A stretch of 64,000 nucleotides of DNA, taken from assembly GCA_012295275.1 (NCBI GenBank), contig CM022667.1, positions 15,066,001 to 15,130,000 of the forward strand. Reading direction: 5' to 3'. The position numbers and the translations under genes are program-made. Shown piece by piece: positions 1 through 12,870 of this stretch (positions within the stretch are counted from its first letter, which is position 1; the number at the start of each line of letters is the position of its first letter). This stretch comes from Chrysomallon squamiferum. Lineage: Eukaryota; Animalia; Mollusca. Below the pieces are notes generated by a model. The model was not told the DNA's origin. It searched no databases and saw nothing but the letters and a program-made list of their open reading frames with translations.

Positions 1-310
1 TTTTAATTTTTACTTTTTATTTTGTTGAAGTTGAAGTACATAGAGAGGAGAAAAAAAAATAAAGAAATTTTATCGAATTTTGTTTTATTTTAACTTTTTA
101 AAAGTTTCCCCTCCTTGATTTTTACCTTGATTGTAATAGTCCTAGACGTCGTAGTAGTTGTAGTAACATTATTGCATAGTATACATAGTAGTAGCAGTGG
201 TAGTCGTATTCACAGCAGTAGTAGCAGAATAGTAATGCAGCGACAGCAGCTACAGGAAAAACAGCTGCAGGAGTATTTTGTCTTTATCGTGTACACTAAT
301 GGAATTTCAC

Positions 311-347
<37 letters not shown>

Positions 348-831
348 GTTAGTCGACTGATTGCAGCGGCCGGTTCTTTGAACCCGAAACCAGATCGATG
401 AGCTTAAGATTTTTCTTTTGTTAGAGTCTATCGATCACTGCTGTAGACAGGGTCAGTGAACCCAGCTTGAAGTTACTTCCGCGTTCAACAATAACAAGGG
501 TGGTACCACAATCGATGGGAGGTTGATGTGACGGCGAAGATATTAGACTGGAAGGGTGAACCAAAGGGAACGGATTGTAGGATCGCTTGAACTGGAAATG
601 TATTGGAAAGCGTTTGTATGTTGTATGTTGTTAAATGCAGATGCCGTGTTTTATAAAAGAGATAAGAATATGCAAAGAGCAATAGATGAAGGACAGACAG
701 GTAGATACAGAGAGAGAGAGATGAGAAGGAAAACGAGAAAGAGAATAGAAAAACGAAAGAGACAGAAAGGAAAAACGAAAGAGACAGAAATAGAAAGAGA
801 TAGCGAGAGAGATATAAAGAGATACAGAGGG

Positions 832-963
<132 letters not shown>

Positions 964-1240
964 GGATATAAGAAGATCACAGAATATCGAAGAAATAACA
1001 TCGGAGAGTGATGAAAACAAATTTTACGGAAACAACTGCTAATTGTTTTCTCCTTTCTTTTGTATGTTACCTCTGCTAAATTCACAGAACTGAATGATTG
1101 AACAACTACACATTATTCACGGTGCTGAAGTTTGATATTCATCAATGTATATACTAGTCTGTGTTGGTGCAGTAAAGTAATTCTGTTCGATATTTGTTTT
1201 ATAAACGTAATAAATGTATGTTTCTGTATGCTGTATGCAG

Positions 1241-1292
1241 TGAACAGACGCTGGCACGATTTCCTCGACTTAGATAACAGGCCATTAAACAG
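1241..1292 (+). CDS. Candidate small upstream exon of the TLC gene (VNRRWHDFLDLDNRPLN-R)
   Basis: TGCAG acceptor at 1236-1240. Ending after AG 1291-1292 is phase-compatible with the 2666 exon (AG+A = Arg), but the donor would be a weak non-canonical GC (GCTTAC). Confidence 0.2.
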
Positions 1293-2350
1293 GCTTACAG
1301 AGGGAAAACATTATCGGCTTTAAAAGTGTTTTAATTTGCACATTTTAAACAGAGTTTCCTTGTGTAGTTCTCGTTTCCGTTTTTTTTTTGTTTTTTTTTT
1401 TTTTTTTCTATTTGCAGTTATTTTTTATTTTTATGGACGTTTTAAATATATATGTGTATTTAAAATGATAAATAGAATATGTCTCTTTTATCTCTAAGCG
1501 GTTTTTTTTTTTTTTTTTTTTAGTGGTTATGTATGTAAATAATTGCATGCGTCGAAAGACTGGAACAGAGGGTGAAAGAAAGAGAGAAAAAGATATGATA
1601 AATCTGAAGATAGTCGAAAAGACAGAAACACACATACACACAGAGAGACAGACAGACAGTGATGATAGACTCACACACACGTTATCTTATTAAACAATAC
1701 CACAATTCAATGTTCAGTATCTAGTTATTAAAAACAAGTCTAGTACATTCATATTCAGGAAGTTCTTTTGACTAATCTCAGTGCTGACACACAGACACAA
1801 AAAACGCGTGTGTCGTGATTAGTTCAGTCCTTTTTTTTTCTTTTCATAATAGCTTTTTTATCCGTTGACCCACAAAATGAAAAGATTACAGACAGCACAA
1901 CACAGACTATATAATGATACATACAATGCAGCTGTATACAATGACGAAAAAGCTAGACATAGAGAATTATAATTATGTATCAAAATATTCCTGTGGCTTA
2001 TTTAATATCCGTTAAAAGTTGCAATAACAAACAAACGAATGAAGAAATAAATAAATAATAAATAAATACATGAATGAATGAATGAATGAATGAATGAAAC
2101 CCCATACCGTGACTTTAAAAATATAATAATAAAAGAAGTAATGCTGTCAAGCATTGCGCCCTACTTTGAGGAACGTGACGTCATTTTATTGTTAACGTCA
2201 TAACATGGTTGTAGCCTCTCAAACGCCACTGACAAATATCTATCTGTCTATCCGTCTGTATATCTATCTCTGTTTCTATCTATTTATTTTATTTTATTAA
2301 TTTTATTCAGTTAAATGCATTTATCTTTTTGTTTTCTTCTTCTTCCTTTT

Positions 2351-2369
2351 ATTGTTATCTTCATTATTA

Positions 2370-2440
<71 letters not shown>

Positions 2441-2514
2441 GTTATTATTATTATTGTTGTTACTTACTATTATTATTATTATTACTAGTAGTAGTAGTAT
2501 TTTTATTGTTGTTG

Positions 2515-2565
<51 letters not shown>

Positions 2566-2569
2566 GTTA

Positions 2570-2660
<91 letters not shown>
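2351..2660. repeat. (TAT)n trinucleotide microsatellite abutting the TLC exon acceptor
   Basis: Direct reading of the sequence. Confidence 0.97.
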
Positions 2661-2661
<1 letters not shown>

Positions 2662-2665
2662 TCAG

Positions 2666-3395
2666 ACTGACAGAGCAGATGCTGTTGCTGATTCTCTGTG
2701 TACTGTCTGTCACAGCACTGGGAACGTCATCAACCGCGGAACTACCTTTCGTTGGAACGGACAGTCAAAATTCTGAAATCATTCCTCGCTTGCTGCTGTG
2801 CATAAACATCGGCCGCTACGTGTTCATGTCGCTCCAAGATCTGTATCTCCTTCATCATCTACAAAACTTCAAGACGGACCTCATCCACCACGTCGTTACG
2901 GTAGCAGCGTGCTCGGTTTTCTTAGCCTACTACCAGAACATCTTCCTCAGCATCGCCACCCCACTCATAGAGCTGAACCTCGTTTTCCTCACTTCCGGCA
3001 GAATTATGAGAGAGATTCCCGAATATCGAGACTCGAAGATGCACCGGAACACGACCATACTGAGTTGCGCGGCGACGCTCGTTTGTCGTGGCGTGCTTCC
3101 GCTTATTTTCCTTTTAATTGCAGTCAAACATGACAGTCCTTTCAACATGATGGTTGTGCCGCTAACGTTGTTCTTTCTGTGCATCGTTTTCTTTTTTGTT
3201 ATCAATTTTTGGATGATATTTCAGACTTTCAGTCGAGTTGTGAAAATTTGGTCCGGGCAGAAAAACAGCAGGTCTACATCGACGCCTGGGACTGTTCTTA
3301 GCAACCCAACGGAACCCCAGCTTTATGACGTCACAGTCGACGGGGACGGGGTAACGAAACCGTTCCCCTGTCTAGTGTTAATTACGGGTTTGTGA
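2666..3395 (+). CDS. Exon of a TLC-domain (TRAM/LAG1/CLN8; TLCD/TMEM56-like) multi-pass membrane protein; 5' exon(s) not firmly located
   Basis: Acceptor TTCAG at 2661-2665 after a (TAT)n tract. Several hydrophobic helices with TLC hallmarks: DLIHHVV (HH motif), LIELNLVFL (E..F), LVCRG and INFW. Frame closes at TGA 3393-3395. Confidence 0.8.
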
Positions 3396-3832
3396 AATGT
3401 TACGATAACAGAAACTTGTGTAACAATGACAACGAAAAAATGAATTTTGGAATGAAAAAGTTGACGAAACACAACATTGTGACTGATTTTAAAGACATGG
3501 TTCCATATGCCAAAGTTCCAAATTCACCTTCAAGGATAAATCACACAGTTAATGACGTTTTTCACAGTCAAGAGATAGTTTGCACAAATAATGATGACAT
3601 CACACAAGTCGATATCCAAACTAACGCAGAACAAAATGGCGCGGTTTCATCTTATGTATTCACGACTCTTAACGAAAGTATTCGAAGTACATCTTCGGAT
3701 ATTTCCGGGCAGTCAACGTCATCGGAATCTAATTTTATCGAATCGAAGCTTAATGATGAACACAGTTTTAATATTTCTAATCATGACACGAAACTTGAAG
3801 TGACGTCATATAATGATCTCGATAGATCGTGA
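3329..3832 (+). CDS. Probable Ser/Asn-rich cytoplasmic C-terminal tail of the TLC protein, in the -1 frame relative to the TLC ORF
   Basis: Frame open from 3329 to TGA 3830-3832, non-repetitive and coding-like (SSVNYGFVKCYDNRN...DLDRS). Overlaps the end of the TLC frame. AATAAA follows at 3881. Confidence 0.6.
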   Translation, partial: RHSRRGRGNETVPLSSVNYGFVKCYDNRNLCNNDNEKMNFGMKKLTKHNIVTDFKDMVPYAKVPNSPSRINHTVNDVFHSQEIVCTNNDDITQVDIQTNAEQNGAVSSYVFTTLNESIRSTSSDISGQSTSSESNFIESKLNDEHSFNISNHDTKLEVTSYNDLDRS

Positions 3833-3880
3833 TTAAAACATTTTTACAAACACAGAAAGTATATTTTTAAAGAAAAGAGA

Positions 3881-3886
3881 AATAAA
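3881..3886 (+). promoter_or_regulatory. Polyadenylation signal candidate for the TLC gene
   Basis: AATAAA about 50 nt after the 3832 stop; AT-rich context makes chance matches common. Confidence 0.4.
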
Positions 3887-4643
3887 AGAGAGACTCATCG
3901 AAATATGACAATTTATATAGTAATTATATTTATAAACTTTGATATTTAATTTAATTTTTGAAATAAAAAGTATTATGTGATTGTGTCTTGAAAAAGATAC
4001 TGAGTGAAATTAACAAAAAAAATATATGTGATGTTTTTGTTACTGCTGTTGTTGTTGTTGTTTTATTGGCGATTTTAGTAATAATTTAATTATGTTTTAT
4101 TTTAATATATGTTTATTTTGATATGTTTATTTATTTATTTATTTATTTTATTTAATCTAATTTTTAATTTTTTATTTTTAATTTTTATTTATTTATTTAT
4201 TTTTTATTTTTTTTTTTTTTTTTTTTTTTTTATTTTTTTTACCTTATTAGAAACATAGCCTTATAAAAAAAAAAAAAAACCTGTATCCGCCATCTTGTTC
4301 GTCAGGCTGTGGGAACAGATAATTGTCGTGTCACCTTTATGACGTAAAAATAGCTGGTAAATTAAGAACGTATTTCTGTGTTTTTGTAGTGAGTGAAGAG
4401 TTTCTATAAATACAGGAAAATCGTGACGTTCCCAGACTTCTAACTTGATGCAAGTCGTAAGTGGAGCGTAAAGTTTGTTTGTTAGTCATCTGATACAGTT
4501 AGTGCTTTCTCCCCCCAGTGGCGTGGGGAAAGAAAAAAGAAAGAAGAAGAAGAAGAAGGAAGAAAGAAAAAAGAAAGAAAGAAAAGAAAGAATATATGAA
4601 GAAGAAGAAGAAGAAGAAGCGGAGAAATGGTCGTTCTGAACAC

Positions 4644-4694
<51 letters not shown>

Positions 4695-4822
4695 CATCAT
4701 CATACTTATAATAATAAAGTAGTAGTAGTAGTAGTAGTAGTAGTAATAATAATAATATAATAATAATAATAATAATCATAATAATCATAATAATCATAGT
4801 TATAATAATAATAGTAGTAGTA

Positions 4823-4856
<34 letters not shown>

Positions 4857-5171
4857 AATAACAATGATAATCATAATTATAATGATAATAATAAATGATA
4901 ATAATAATAATCATAATCATAATTACAATTATATTAATAATAATCAAATGATAATGATGGTAAATAATTATAATGACGATTAAAGTAATAAAGATAATGA
5001 CAGCAGCAACAGTACTCTCACACACATACGTACAGAGACACAGACGACCCGAACATATACACACACATACATACATACGTACATACACACACACATAGAT
5101 ACATACATAGATATATACATACAAAGATACATACATACATACATAGATACATACATACATACATACATACA

Positions 5172-5205
<34 letters not shown>

Positions 5206-5348
5206 GATACATACATACATACATACATACATAAATACATACATACATACATACATACATAGATACATACATACATACATACATACATACATACATACAT
5301 ACATACATACATAGATACATACATACATAGATACATACAAACATATAT

Positions 5349-5382
<34 letters not shown>
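4644..5382. repeat. Compound microsatellite (AAT)n/(AGT)n/(ATAC)n/(AC)n
   Basis: Direct reading; source of the spurious ORFs at 4486-5414. Confidence 0.95.
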
Positions 5383-5383
<1 letters not shown>

Positions 5384-5793
5384 TTACATCTATAGAGACT
5401 AGAATGTAACACAATTAAATATTATACTGCTACGGAAGAGTGCTCTCTCATACCTTGCTTCAGTCTTCTCAAATGAACTGAACTGTATTTACACGGAGAC
5501 CACAGTCTACGAAACAGGATAGTTACATACAAAAGTTAATATGATTATAACCCGCGTATGGGTTATACGTCTAGAGAGTGCTCATTAAGCCTTGAACTGG
5601 GTGTGGACCGAAATGACGTTGTCAAACAATAATCTTCATCTCGTATCATCTTTACAGAATGATGACACAGCAGAACAAAAAGGTTTTTTCACAACCTCGT
5701 TAAAGCTTTGAGATATACTGACTGAAAAAAGATTATTTATTTGACAGTTTGTGTTAGAAATATTCGACAACATCAGATCCTTTTTTTACACTC

Positions 5794-5868
<75 letters not shown>

Positions 5869-6007
5869 TCTTAACTTTTCTTTTTCTTTTGTTTTCTTTT
5901 TCTGCATGTGTTTTATTTATTTTTCTTTGTTTTCTTTTTCTTTCTTTTCTTTTTAATGTCTTTTATTAATCTGCATTTCTTTCGTGGAATTTTTTGTTTT
6001 CCTTTCA

Positions 6008-6413
6008 TTTTTTCCTTTAATTTTTTTTCAAATTATAGTAAATAAAAGACATTTTAATTTAAGTGTATCCGTTTAAATAAACCCTTTTTTATCTCATGAG
6101 AGAGAGTTTTATTTATTTTTATTTTTTTATTTTTCTTTCTTTTCTATTTTATCTATCTATGTTTCTTTATATATATATATATATACCCATTTTTTTAAAC
6201 CTATGAACGACACATACAAACTTTTTGTTTTCCTTTCGACAAAGTTTTTATTAAAATTTTAATTAATATTAGTAAACGGTTTAATTTTTTTGCCATGAAA
6301 AATAATCCCAGTGTACAGATATTTTTTCCTTTATTTTTTTTCAAATTATAGTAAATAAAAGACATTTTAATTTAAGTGTATGCCGTTCATAAATAAACCC
6401 TTTTTTATCTCAG

Positions 6414-6505
<92 letters not shown>

Positions 6506-6555
6506 CACACATACGTTATCCCAAAGCCTCTATTGTTTATTTGTTTATTTATTTT

Positions 6556-6588
<33 letters not shown>

Positions 6589-6792
6589 ATTTATATATAT
6601 ATACCCATTTTTATAAACCTATGAACGACACATACATAACTTAAAACTAAGTAGACAGAACGGCATCGACAAAGTAACAGAATTTTATATAAAATTTTAA
6701 TTAATATTAGTAAACGGTTAATAATATATTTCAGTATATCAACACGCAGTAATAAATGCCATGAAAAAATGAATCCCAGTGTACAGATATTT
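6008..6792 (+). repeat. Imperfect tandem duplication (copy 1 about 6008-6322, copy 2 about 6323-6792)
   Basis: Collinear shared blocks CAAATTATAGTAAATAAAAGACATTTTAATTTAAGTGTAT, CCTATGAACGACACATAC, TTAATATTAGTAAACGGTT and ATCCCAGTGTACAGATAT. Copy 1 is full of deletions. Confidence 0.85.
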
Positions 6793-7004
6793 CTAATGAA
6801 AAATAACAGTAGCCGATGATGTAGCATCTGTACCGAGTTTTATCACTGAATTATAAAATATTTAATATATCAATGACTTAATAACGTTTTTAATGACTTA
6901 ACATGTCATTTATTCCTGAATAGATAGTTCTTCTTCTTTTCACCATCGTCATCATCATCATCATCATCAACACTATTATTATTATTATCATTCTTTTTCT
7001 TCTT

Positions 7005-7035
<31 letters not shown>

Positions 7036-8664
7036 TTATTATTATTATTATTATTTAATGAAGTGCAATTATTTAATGATAATGCAGTGGACCGCCATTT
7101 CGTACTTTAAATATTGAATTTCAACAGTTCTGTAATACACCCTTTATTGAGATGAATGAGAGAGAGAAATTTAATACATTGCAAACAAACGTGAAAAGCG
7201 TGTTTTACCTTGTTTCTATTCATTATTATCTAAAGCAGCGAGTAAATAAAACTGGGCGTTACGCTGAAGTCGGTGGCTTGTATATAAGTTAAAGAAAAAA
7301 TGTGTGGAAAAATAAATAGAATGAAATAATATGGTAAAAGGAGCATTACAGTAAGATAACCAAAATTAGCGAATTTTTTTCAAATGTAACTGAAGTACAC
7401 ATACACATACACACACACACTTATATTAAATAATCGATCTTAAACAAAATAAAAAGAAACACACATAATAAAGTAAATTAATTTAAAGGATTAAAATCAC
7501 TCAGCATTTAGTTAAGCACTGAATAAAATAAATTTAGTATTATTAAAATAAAAACAAAATAATATTAACGATGATGAAAATCGTCGAATTTTAAAATTAA
7601 TTAACTTCAAATGGGTAAAATAAACAATAAAGACAATAATTAAAAACAACTCAAATGGATTATAAAAAAGAGTAATTAAATTAAATAAAGCATAAACGTA
7701 ATATTATTAAAATACACTGGATTTAAATTACGAAACAAACAAACAAAAATAACAAGTAATTATCCGAAACCGGTTTATAAATATTAGTCGCCTCGCAAAT
7801 CGCCTTGTTTGTCTTTACGTTTGTCAGTCTTTTAATCAATCAATATAATCTGTCTATTATCTGTAATTCAGTATCATATAAATGCCATTTTACTTCTTTG
7901 TCAAAAGGATCACATTTCTGGAACAACATTTGCACTTCAGGCAATCCCACCCGTCCCCCAAGCCTAGAACCTCGTTTATCGAGAACTTCTAAAATCGACT
8001 ACGTTCATATTTCATTAAATACGAATTTGCCGATTCCCCTTTTGTTACTTCTATCGATCGGTTCGTCTGAAAAGTTGCGTTGTGTAACAGCCATCCAGTG
8101 AATGTCCGCAGTAAAAAGGAAGTAATTTGACTAGTATCTTTCTTAATCGACATTTCGCTCACACGGAAGCTAGTCTTCGCTGGAAAGTAGGACGCAACTT
8201 CACCGTTGCGCTTTTAAGAGGAAGTTCGTGTTACACTTATTTCAGTACACTCGTTCCTTTTCGTCCGGAGCACCAGCCAATGAAAAGCTTGCGATCGTTA
8301 AAGGTATTGGTTTATTTAATTTCTTGATGTTTTATTTTTTTTTTTTTGTTTTTTTCAGAAAGAAAAGATAAAAAAAGATTAAAAAAAATTAAATTAAAAA
8401 TTAAACAGTAAAAAAGAAGAAGAGAGAACTAAAAGAAAAAAAAAAATGAAAAAAGAAGAAGAAGGGAAATGAAAGTAAGAAAATAAGGAAGATGTGAAAA
8501 ATGTTAAAAAAAAAAAAAAAAAAGAAGAAAGAAAGAAAGGAAAGATGGATGGTAGAGAAAGGCAGAAAGGAAAGAAGAAAGGGAGAAAGACTGTTTGGAA
8601 TAAAACGTGAAAGAAAATGAACAAAGAAAAACATAAACGAAAAAATATATATAATAACAACAAT

Positions 8665-8697
<33 letters not shown>

Positions 8698-8769
8698 AAT
8701 AATAATAATAACAATAATAAATAAATAAAGAAAGAAACAAAAAGAAACAAAAAGCAACCCTACCCCCCC

Positions 8770-8801
<32 letters not shown>

Positions 8802-9091
8802 CAACAAAGAACAACAACGAAGAAACTCCAAAATCAAAGAAAGAAAGAAAAGAAGGAAGACATGATGGACAACAGTAATCACTGCAACCTGCAGAAATAA
8901 ACACCAAGACCTATTCCTTCCTGCTTGTAGCCGACTGTCTGACTGGTTATTATGATACTCATGTGTCTTGTTGAGTGAAGTATGCAAATAAAGAAATATT
9001 ATTTATTGATCTATACTTACATTCATATACACACCCACATACTTACAAATATATATCGTGTGTCGATGTATATTTATATGTAAAATGCATA

Positions 9092-9139
<48 letters not shown>

Positions 9140-10899
9140 TATAAATCTAAATGTACGTGTGCGTGTATGTTTGTATGTGCATGTATGTATGTATGTATGT
9201 ATATGTTTGTGTGTGTATATATAATTTTCAATCCACATATGATAAATCAAGTGCAAATAATATGAGAGAAGTTATAATATGATATCACAACAAAGAACTC
9301 AACAAGGTAACAGTTATCTGTGACTCTATACAAGGTGATGACAGCAGTATTTAGTTTATGCAGTGTAAAGAAACATTATCTGCTGGTATGTGTGAGGTTA
9401 TGAAGAATGCAGTGACTGAAGATTTGAAATATAAAACTAGTATTGATTTAGGTGAACGAATAACAGGTGAGTACAATGGTTTTCGATTATGAGTTGGTAT
9501 TAGCAAGGCAGTGAAGAGTAACAAACTATATTGCCAGTTGTGTGTGTGTGCGTGCGTGCGTGTACATGTGTATGTATATGTGTGGTTGTGTGTGTTTCTG
9601 TGTATGTTGTGTATGTGTGTGCGTATGTGTGTGTGTGTCTGTCTATATCTCTGTATATCTATATCTATTTATATATATTTATCTATCTGTTTATCTGTTT
9701 ATGCCTGTCTATCTATCTATCTATCTATCTATACTTCATGGACTGTAAAATAATAATAATAAATAAATAAATAAAATATTAAAAAGGATAAAAAGAAAAG
9801 AAAAGGAAAGTACAAGCGATCTTCTCCAGACGTTATAATATTCATATTATTTTTTTTTTATATGTATATATTCTATTATTAATTTTATTAATGATATTCA
9901 GTCTATATCAGATTCGCCAAGTCATCTGTCAGATAAAGGGCAGAATACTGATTAAATTGATACAATCAGTTTGAACATCTATTATAATATATCATGTCCT
10001 ATGCATTTGCAGCGATCTCTAAGTATTGTGTGTTATACATCAATAGATTATAACTGTCTTTGCTAGAATAATTGTCTGACAAATTAGCATATACCATTAA
10101 ATAAATAAATAAATAAATATAAAATTATATAATAACAACAACAATAATAATAATAATAAGAAGAAGAAGAAATAAGAAGAAGAAGAAGAAGAAGAAGAAC
10201 GACTGGACTATAATTTACAGGCTAAGTTACGAATTATTCGAATATGTCACAAAGGTTAAAACTAAAAAGACAAACAGCTATGACGACATTATGGTCAGAA
10301 AGAACGACAGTTCCGACGACAACTGCGCAGTTCGATAAGTAAAAACAGATTCTCATATTACGCGTTGACGGCGAAATCATCAGAGCAAAGCTAATTAGCA
10401 AACCATCGGAAATTACTTCAACTCCTACTACCAAAAACTGCATACATTATTTAACGTAGCAGCCTTTGGAAATGTGAAATCTGACAAGAGAACAACATAT
10501 CAAAAATAAGCAGATGTTATTTTCAAACTTATGATTAACCGAACTTCGTATGGCTGTTATTATTTGTCGCCCCCTCACCTGTATTTCTGGATCACGTTAA
10601 ATAAAGACGCTTTGTTTGCATAATTATTGCGTGATTTGTTGCCCTTGGCAACAATGCCGTATTAACCTTAGTGTGTTTGTACTTGTGTCCCTTGATGGCA
10701 GATAACATGGTAACCTTCGAATTACAGAAACCTTACTTCCGCGTTTTGGTGCGTCCAATCAGCAGTTCGTGTTCAGATTAAGACGTATTGCTGCGTTGTC
10801 AGCCTTTTCACAATGTGATACTCGCTTTTTGTAGCTCTTGCATTTTCTTCTCGTCTTCGTTTCTTTGTACATATTCATTATTATTATTATTATTATTCG

Positions 10900-10954
<55 letters not shown>

Positions 10955-11786
10955 TACTGTTATAATTATTATTATTGTTGTTGTTGTTGCTGCTGCTGCT
11001 GCTGCTGTTGTTGTTGTCATTATCATTGATGTTGTGGAATGAATGATAGAATGTCTGGTAGTCGACGAGTCAACGATAAACACAGAGCCCATGAAATTTT
11101 GCTCTAGTATTTACAAACCCAGTGTACTTATACACAGCATAAATAAATAAACAAAATAAAATTTAATTTTTTTCTTCTATATATACATGAGTGTTTATCT
11201 ATGTATGTGTATGTGTGTATGTATGTATGCATGTATGTATGTATGTATGTATGTATGTATGTGTGTATGTATGTATGTATGTATGTATGAAATATATACT
11301 GCTGTCTGCAAAACAAAACAAAAAAAAAAAAAAAGAAAGAAAAAACAAAAAAGAAGGAAAAAAACAATAATATATTTTTTTTTTCTTTCTGATTGACCTA
11401 TAAACCCGATTCGTATGGGAATAGATTCGTCACCATTTTCTGCTTTGCTTTACAATCAATCTATCAAAAAACCTTATTAATATTTATACGTTAGTTTCGT
11501 TCTCAGATATTCTACGACTTCAAAGATCAACGTTTCTCTGTACACAGGTGCTCAGAAGATTAACACGATATATTTGGTGAGTATATTCTCTTCCGTTCAT
11601 CAGCGTTTAAAGTGCATTTATAAATTAAGAGAAGAGGAAGTGTTCTAATGATAGAAGAAAAAAAAAAAAAAAAGGAAGAAGAAAATCAATACCCGTGTTG
11701 ATTTATCCAACTTGAAATGATTTTAGCGAGCGATACGTTTCAAAGGCAATAAGACAAGCGAACAGCACAGAGTTCAGAAATCTGGA

Positions 11787-12409
11787 TTGTGTTGTGTTGT
11801 GTTTGTATTATTTTTTTATGTTATGTTATGTTATGTTATGTTATTTTATTTTATGTTATGTTATGTTATGTTATGTTATGTTATGCCATCTTGTATTATA
11901 TTATGTTATTTTGTGTTTTCTGCTGCAGTCGGTTTGTTTTGTTTCGCTGTGTTTTATCGTGTTATGCAATGCTACGTTATGTTATGCTTTCTGCTATTTC
12001 TGTTGCGTTTTGTCGTCTTGCTTTATGTTATGTTATGTTATCTTTTCTGCTGTGGGCGGTGTGCTTTGTTTTGCTGTGCTATCTTAAGCTAAGCCATGTT
12101 GTGTTATGTTTTTTTTTTTTTTATGGTATGTTGTGTTGTATTGTGGTCAACTACTTTTTGTTACATTTCGTGGTATCGGTTTTGTTTTATGTTATATTTG
12201 TGTTTTGCCAAATTATATTATGTTGTGTTGAACTGTTGTATTAAGTTGTATTGTGTTTCTGTTGATGCTCTGCATTGTTACAGTATGGTGTATTATTGTG
12301 TTATGCTATACTAAAATAATATAATCTAAAAGATATGTAATGCTATACTGATGGTGTCTATTTTACTATTCTGTACTGTGCCATTTTTCTTCTTCTTCTT
12401 CTTCTTCTT

Positions 12410-12481
<72 letters not shown>

Positions 12482-12690
12482 GACTGTTACTACTTTAGTT
12501 AGTTATAAATTCTATATTATTTCATTTTATTTTTATTTTATACTGCTATATTATATTACATTATATTATATTATGTTATATTATATTATATTATATTATA
12601 TTATATTATATTATATTATATTATATTATATCATATTATATTATTATATTAGATCACATCATATCATATCATATTATATTATATAATTAT
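11787..12690. repeat. Degenerate pentanucleotide satellite (TTATG/TTGTG, then TTATA) with (TTC)n and (TTA)n
   Basis: 5-bp periodicity visible throughout. Confidence 0.85.
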
Positions 12691-12824
12691 AATTTCGTTT
12701 CTTGGATAATGTATATGGTAACTGTTAAAAGTTTTCTCTGATTGGCTTATTCATTCATAATATAAACTACAGTCACAGAAAGAAAGAAAGGAAGAAATAT
12801 AAATATAAATATATATACATATGT

Positions 12825-12870
<46 letters not shown>

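Noticed and set aside
2352-2665. Poly-Leu/poly-Tyr N-terminus of the 347-aa ORF
   Set aside because: Intronic (TAT)n repeat in frame with the real exon; the acceptor is at 2664-2665.
5547-5575. Hairpin TATAACCC-N6-GGGTTATA followed by CTAG, like a Helitron 3' end
   Set aside because: Spacing to CTAG is too short, it is not followed by T, and no 5' end or second copy is seen.
10221-10350. Possible terminal exon (LSYELFEYVTKVKTKK...CAVR-stop) after TTTACAG
   Set aside because: No homology clue and no partner exon; consistent with chance.
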